Shown in pieces: positions 59,860 to 64,000 of a stretch of DNA of 64,000 nt. The position numbers and the translations under genes are program-made. Positions within the stretch are counted from its first letter, which is position 1. Each line of letters starts with the position of its first letter. The notes under the pieces were generated by a model. It was given only the letters and a program-made list of their open reading frames with translations, ran no database searches and was not told where the DNA came from. The DNA comes from Daphnia carinata (Eukaryota). Where the stretch lies: contig NC_081331.1 in assembly GCF_022539665.2 (NCBI RefSeq), positions 13,392,001-13,456,000 on the forward strand, written 5' to 3'.

Positions 59860-62800
59860 GTAACGAAATTCAGGCCCGTCCCAAATTTGACTCCCAGAAG
59901 TCAACAACGACTGAGCAGAACTGATTGAAGGGCAACACACTATTTTGTGTGTCTCCCCCACTCTTCTTATATTACGATACGGGGGCTGTTATAAGTGAGA
60001 AGGGTACGTATATACCAACCCTAAGACAGTTGTTGATTTCATTTTTTCCCAGGCCTTTTGCCTGCATAGATCATAAAACTAAACACAAGAAAACTGTGAA
60101 CCCATGGATATATAGCATATTTTCATGTTCCGTTGTTCGCCTTCATTCCTTATGGTCGGCTTGTAGGAGACGAATTCGATTCCGGGATTCTGAAGATTCC
60201 TTTAAAAAAAGGCCTATAAAAGCATTTACCCCGTGGGAAAAAAGCAACCACCGTAGCTCTGTTTACTATCTTGTTCTATATAGACCAAAAGAAAAAAAAT
60301 AAAACTTACTACTGTTTTCGTTCGGTCAAGTGTGCCTCTTGTTTGTTGGTACAAACACAAAAGAGTTAGCCTATATAGTTTAGATAGGCCTCTTGTTAGA
60401 TACACACAGCCCCCCGCTTCTGGCCTGTACCACTTTTTGCTTTAAAACATTTACAAACATAGTACGTCAACAATGTAGAGCTTTTGCTTTTTTGGAGTCA
60501 TCACTTTCTTCACGCTATTGAAATTGGCCCGTCCTCATGTTTCCATACATCGGAACTTTGGTTAAGAACCGAAAACATGTTTTACCACCTTTTCTTTTTT
60601 GGCCATTCAGTCCGTTACAAATCGCTTCCGCCCCCACACACAACTGGTCAAACACATCCACACAACACTCCGCTTATTTGAAACGCAGTCGCGCGCGGAA
60701 TTTGTCTTCCATTCAAAAACTTAAAGAATCGGAAATGTCCCTGTCTACACACACACACAAAGAAAAAAAAAGAGCAATACACACCTAACAAAGGTGGCCA
60801 AATATAAAAAATCTGCCGTGTTATTTGGTCGGTGACCGTGTCGATGTATCACCTGTGTGAATACATCATTTTAATTGGCCTATACGATTGGAGAAGAAGC
60901 TTTTCTTATGGAAGCCCAAAGAAGAAAAGGATTCAAAACAGATCTCCTGCAGCGAAGCGGGTTCTCCTTCTTGCGGCTGGACAAATCGACTGGGATATAT
61001 TTCACAATAAATAACTGAAAAAAGGGATATTATATAGGGGAAGGACTATTCCGCTTGTTGAATAGGTCTCCATTATGTCTCGTGTTGTGTACGAAGGCCA
61101 ATGAAAAGGTGACTGGTGTTTGCTGACATTTCCCACGCAAAAGAAGGAACTCGGGGCCCACGTCTTTTGTCAGACCTGAGAAGCAGCCCAAACAAGCAGC
61201 TCTATACAAGTAAAATAATAAAGAACGAAAGAAGAGAGAATGAGAAAGTGGTGTGTATGGTGAAGAAAATGCAAGCGCGGTCAAGTCGATGTTTTTTTAT
61301 ATGGCCACAGCATCTTTTATTGCACCTCATTCATCCTACTATGCAGTGTATACACAAGCTTGGTGGCTTTCTGTCACCCTAGCAACGGTAGGCAGAGGGT
61401 AAAAAAGGTTGACGGAAACTGGAAGAAAGAGGGAGGAGACATAGTGGGTTTCTCGTTCCTTTTTTTTCAGTCTATAATACGTCAAAGAAGGGATAGCGCA
61501 GCCATTACGGCTAGAGGCCACCCAATTTTGGCTAACCCCAAGAACCTTAAACACTTTTTTTTTCTCTCTCTTTTATTCAAGAATTCAAAAACTCAGAGAA
61601 CTCACCTGCGTGCCTGTGTGGTCTGGTCCTCTCCTTTTGGAACTCACCGGCACGTCGCCAGCTCAACTCAGCTGTCGGTCATTGTCGTTATTGGCCGAAG
61701 GGGGACATTAACTTTATGCATGCTAGAATGCGATGTTTTCTAGTTTGTCGATTGGCTTAGTGCATTTGATATACACTCGGAAGCCGTTGGATCAAGTTGA
61801 TTCGTCCAGCAAAAGCGGCAAATGCGGAAAGCGGGGAGGAAAAAGAACAAGGGGTTGCGTTTGGGTATTTTTTTTTCCATTACGTCATTTGAATTGCAAA
61901 TTTGTGTTTTATTTTTTTTATGTTCATCCGCTCACGGTTTTTTTTTTTTGTTTTGTTTTTTACCGGCATCGGAGCAGAAGCGAGGAGTAGCAAGGAACAG
62001 CAGGAACAGCAGCAAGTCGCCAGATAATGAATCGATATGCAAATGAACAAGCTTTTCTTTTCCTATATAAAAGCCAGCCGGGAGAAATTCACCAAACGAA
62101 ATGGTATAGGAAGAAGAAAACATTCCTCGGGTTTCCAGCATTGTCGCTGCCGTCGAAACAATAATTCAACTTCTTTGTTTTCTTCCCCTCTCTTTTCTTC
62201 CTCTTCACTACGAGAAAAGAAACGGAGAAGAACGAACTTGTTATCTCGGCTCTTTTCTACCGTTTTCCAACATGCGTCTCCGACTTGTCTCACCCGATTC
62301 CCAGTGCATATCCAATCTGTCGGTTCGTGACGCAATCACACGTTGGCAGACGACGTGAATTTATATTTTCAGTCGCTGAGAAGAGGAGAAGGAGATTGTA
62401 CGAAACGGAACAGCACCAACTACAATATAGTACTCGAGGGATTCGCCGGCATCGTTTGAAGTTTATGCAACTCTTTCTCCGTTCCCTCCTCTTTATACCG
62501 AAAATCATTCCGATGTTCTGTCTCTATAGGATAGATATGCACGATCTGGAAGCTGGGAGTTGCCTCGTGCATGTTCTTCCCTCTGCTGATAATCTCATTT
62601 GATTTGAATCATGTCAGCAACAAGACGATGGACTTTCAAGTAAAATTCCCCGTCATTTCGAAGCAGGAAATTTACCATTTGCGCATTGCAAATGGGATTT
62701 CTCGCATATGTGCGTCTCTTTGTTCTCATTTTCTTCAGTCACCACATTCGGCCAATCGAATGATCTCATCGCCGCACATAATGGCCGCGTCCAGATGAGG

Positions 62801-64000
62801 TTGTAAGAGCTTTTTTAGAAAAAAAAAATCTACCCCGTCTTGCAATGGTTCCCCCTCTTTTATGTTTTTTATGGTCATGAGGTATCAACACTCCCGCACG
62901 TAGCAACGGGCCGTATAACGTTGGGGTCAACGGCGAAAGATCTTTCCGTTCTTTTTTTCCGGGAACAGTTTGGCAGCAAAATGGTGCCAGATAGCTGGAG
63001 CTGTGTAATGATTCTTCTCTTTTGCGTCATAAAATGTCTTCCATTTGAAATACACCATCACAGGCCACCTAGCGCTGGGCAACTGGACTGGCCGTGAAGA
63101 GAATCGTTCAACGCGACGACAACCATAACAATAATTTTTCTTAGGTGTCAAGATAATAGACAAAAACTAAAATAATTATCTGCAAAACGCTTGAGTTTTC
63201 CGCCTTCTCTTTTTAAGGAATTGATTTAACCATTTCAAACACGAATCTTTATTGTTTTGAATCGTAAAACCAGTTTGCTCTTTACATCTCTCGGTGATTG
63301 GGTGTAAGGCATCAGTAACGTTTCACGTCTTTATCAACTTTGATGCGAATGCGGTCAATCATTGCGTGAAAACAGATAAGAAAGTATCGCCTTGTTAGTG
63401 CGGACCTATAACGATATACCACCTTTTTCATCCATCGTTGGGAATATTTACTTTTCGAATAGCAAAGGTAGTATATGTGCCGCATTAGAATTTTTCGCTA
63501 ACGACAAACGAAAGGCCTTGCCTTTTTTAGACATCGTCGAAACACTTTGAATTTCAAACAGTGGTAATTAAATATTTTTTGAATAAAAGATGCTGGAGTA
63601 GCATAAAGAGCTGAGACTGAAATTTCAAGGGCAAAAATGTTGATCACGACGCTGCTTTTTAATGAAGTCCAGTGCCTGGCCCTTCTTCTATGACACTCGT
63701 CATTTATGGCAGTACTGAAGGCCACCCACCATCTTGTTTATAATACAGAATTTTGGAGTGGTGATGAAAATAATGCAAAGTCTGGAAAAAATATTGCAGA
63801 AAAAAAACCCCACCCCATAGATCTTTGTTCTTCGAAAGCTGAAGGTTGCAAGGATTTCGTTGCGAAAACCCGATTTCCGAGTAATACAATAGATAGGACA
63901 AAAATTGATTCAAATGTACAAAAGCATTATGACGTCAGAGCTCTGATTTAACCAACGCCTGTCGGTGCCAAGGGCATTGTTTTGGGACAAAAAAAGAAAT

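Noticed and set aside
62064..62110. Strong TATATAAAAG box
   Set aside because: No clear Inr at the right distance; the first ATG is followed by a stop after one further codon.
1..64000. tRNA, rRNA, hammerhead ribozyme, conserved miRNAs, CRISPR arrays, Helitron 3' ends
   Set aside because: GGTTCGA hits (2950, ~13976) lack cloverleaf arms; CTGANGA hits lack the GAAA partner; no mature miRNA matches or repeat-spacer arrays seen; CTAGT sites lack a proper preceding hairpin. Infernal/Rfam and tRNAscan-SE would be decisive.

Overview
Eukaryotic (arthropod) genomic DNA, most likely a cladoceran such as Daphnia. This is inferred from the protein family, ~60-70 nt introns and pervasive homopolymer runs, and is not proven. 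The dominant feature is one intronless 1389-aa multi-cysteine-cluster Toll receptor (4620-8789, +) of the 18-wheeler/Toll-6/Toll-7/Tollo 'long Toll' clade, with an exactly spaced Inr+DPE core promoter at 4224-4258. It is followed by ~48 kb with no recognisable coding gene, probably a regulatory landscape. A small two-exon gene for a secreted Tyr/Pro-rich, Gly-tailed protein lies at 57488-58059, with a tight cluster of NF-kB/Rel-type sites ~1.6 kb downstream of it. I found no tRNA, rRNA, CRISPR, transposase or recognisable miRNA. I cannot demonstrate a new biological system. The best leads are the divergent TIR domain and tyrosine-rich tail of the Toll, the orphan secreted protein next to the kB cluster, and two cryptic transcript candidates flanking the Toll gene. 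All motif searches were by eye and may be incomplete.
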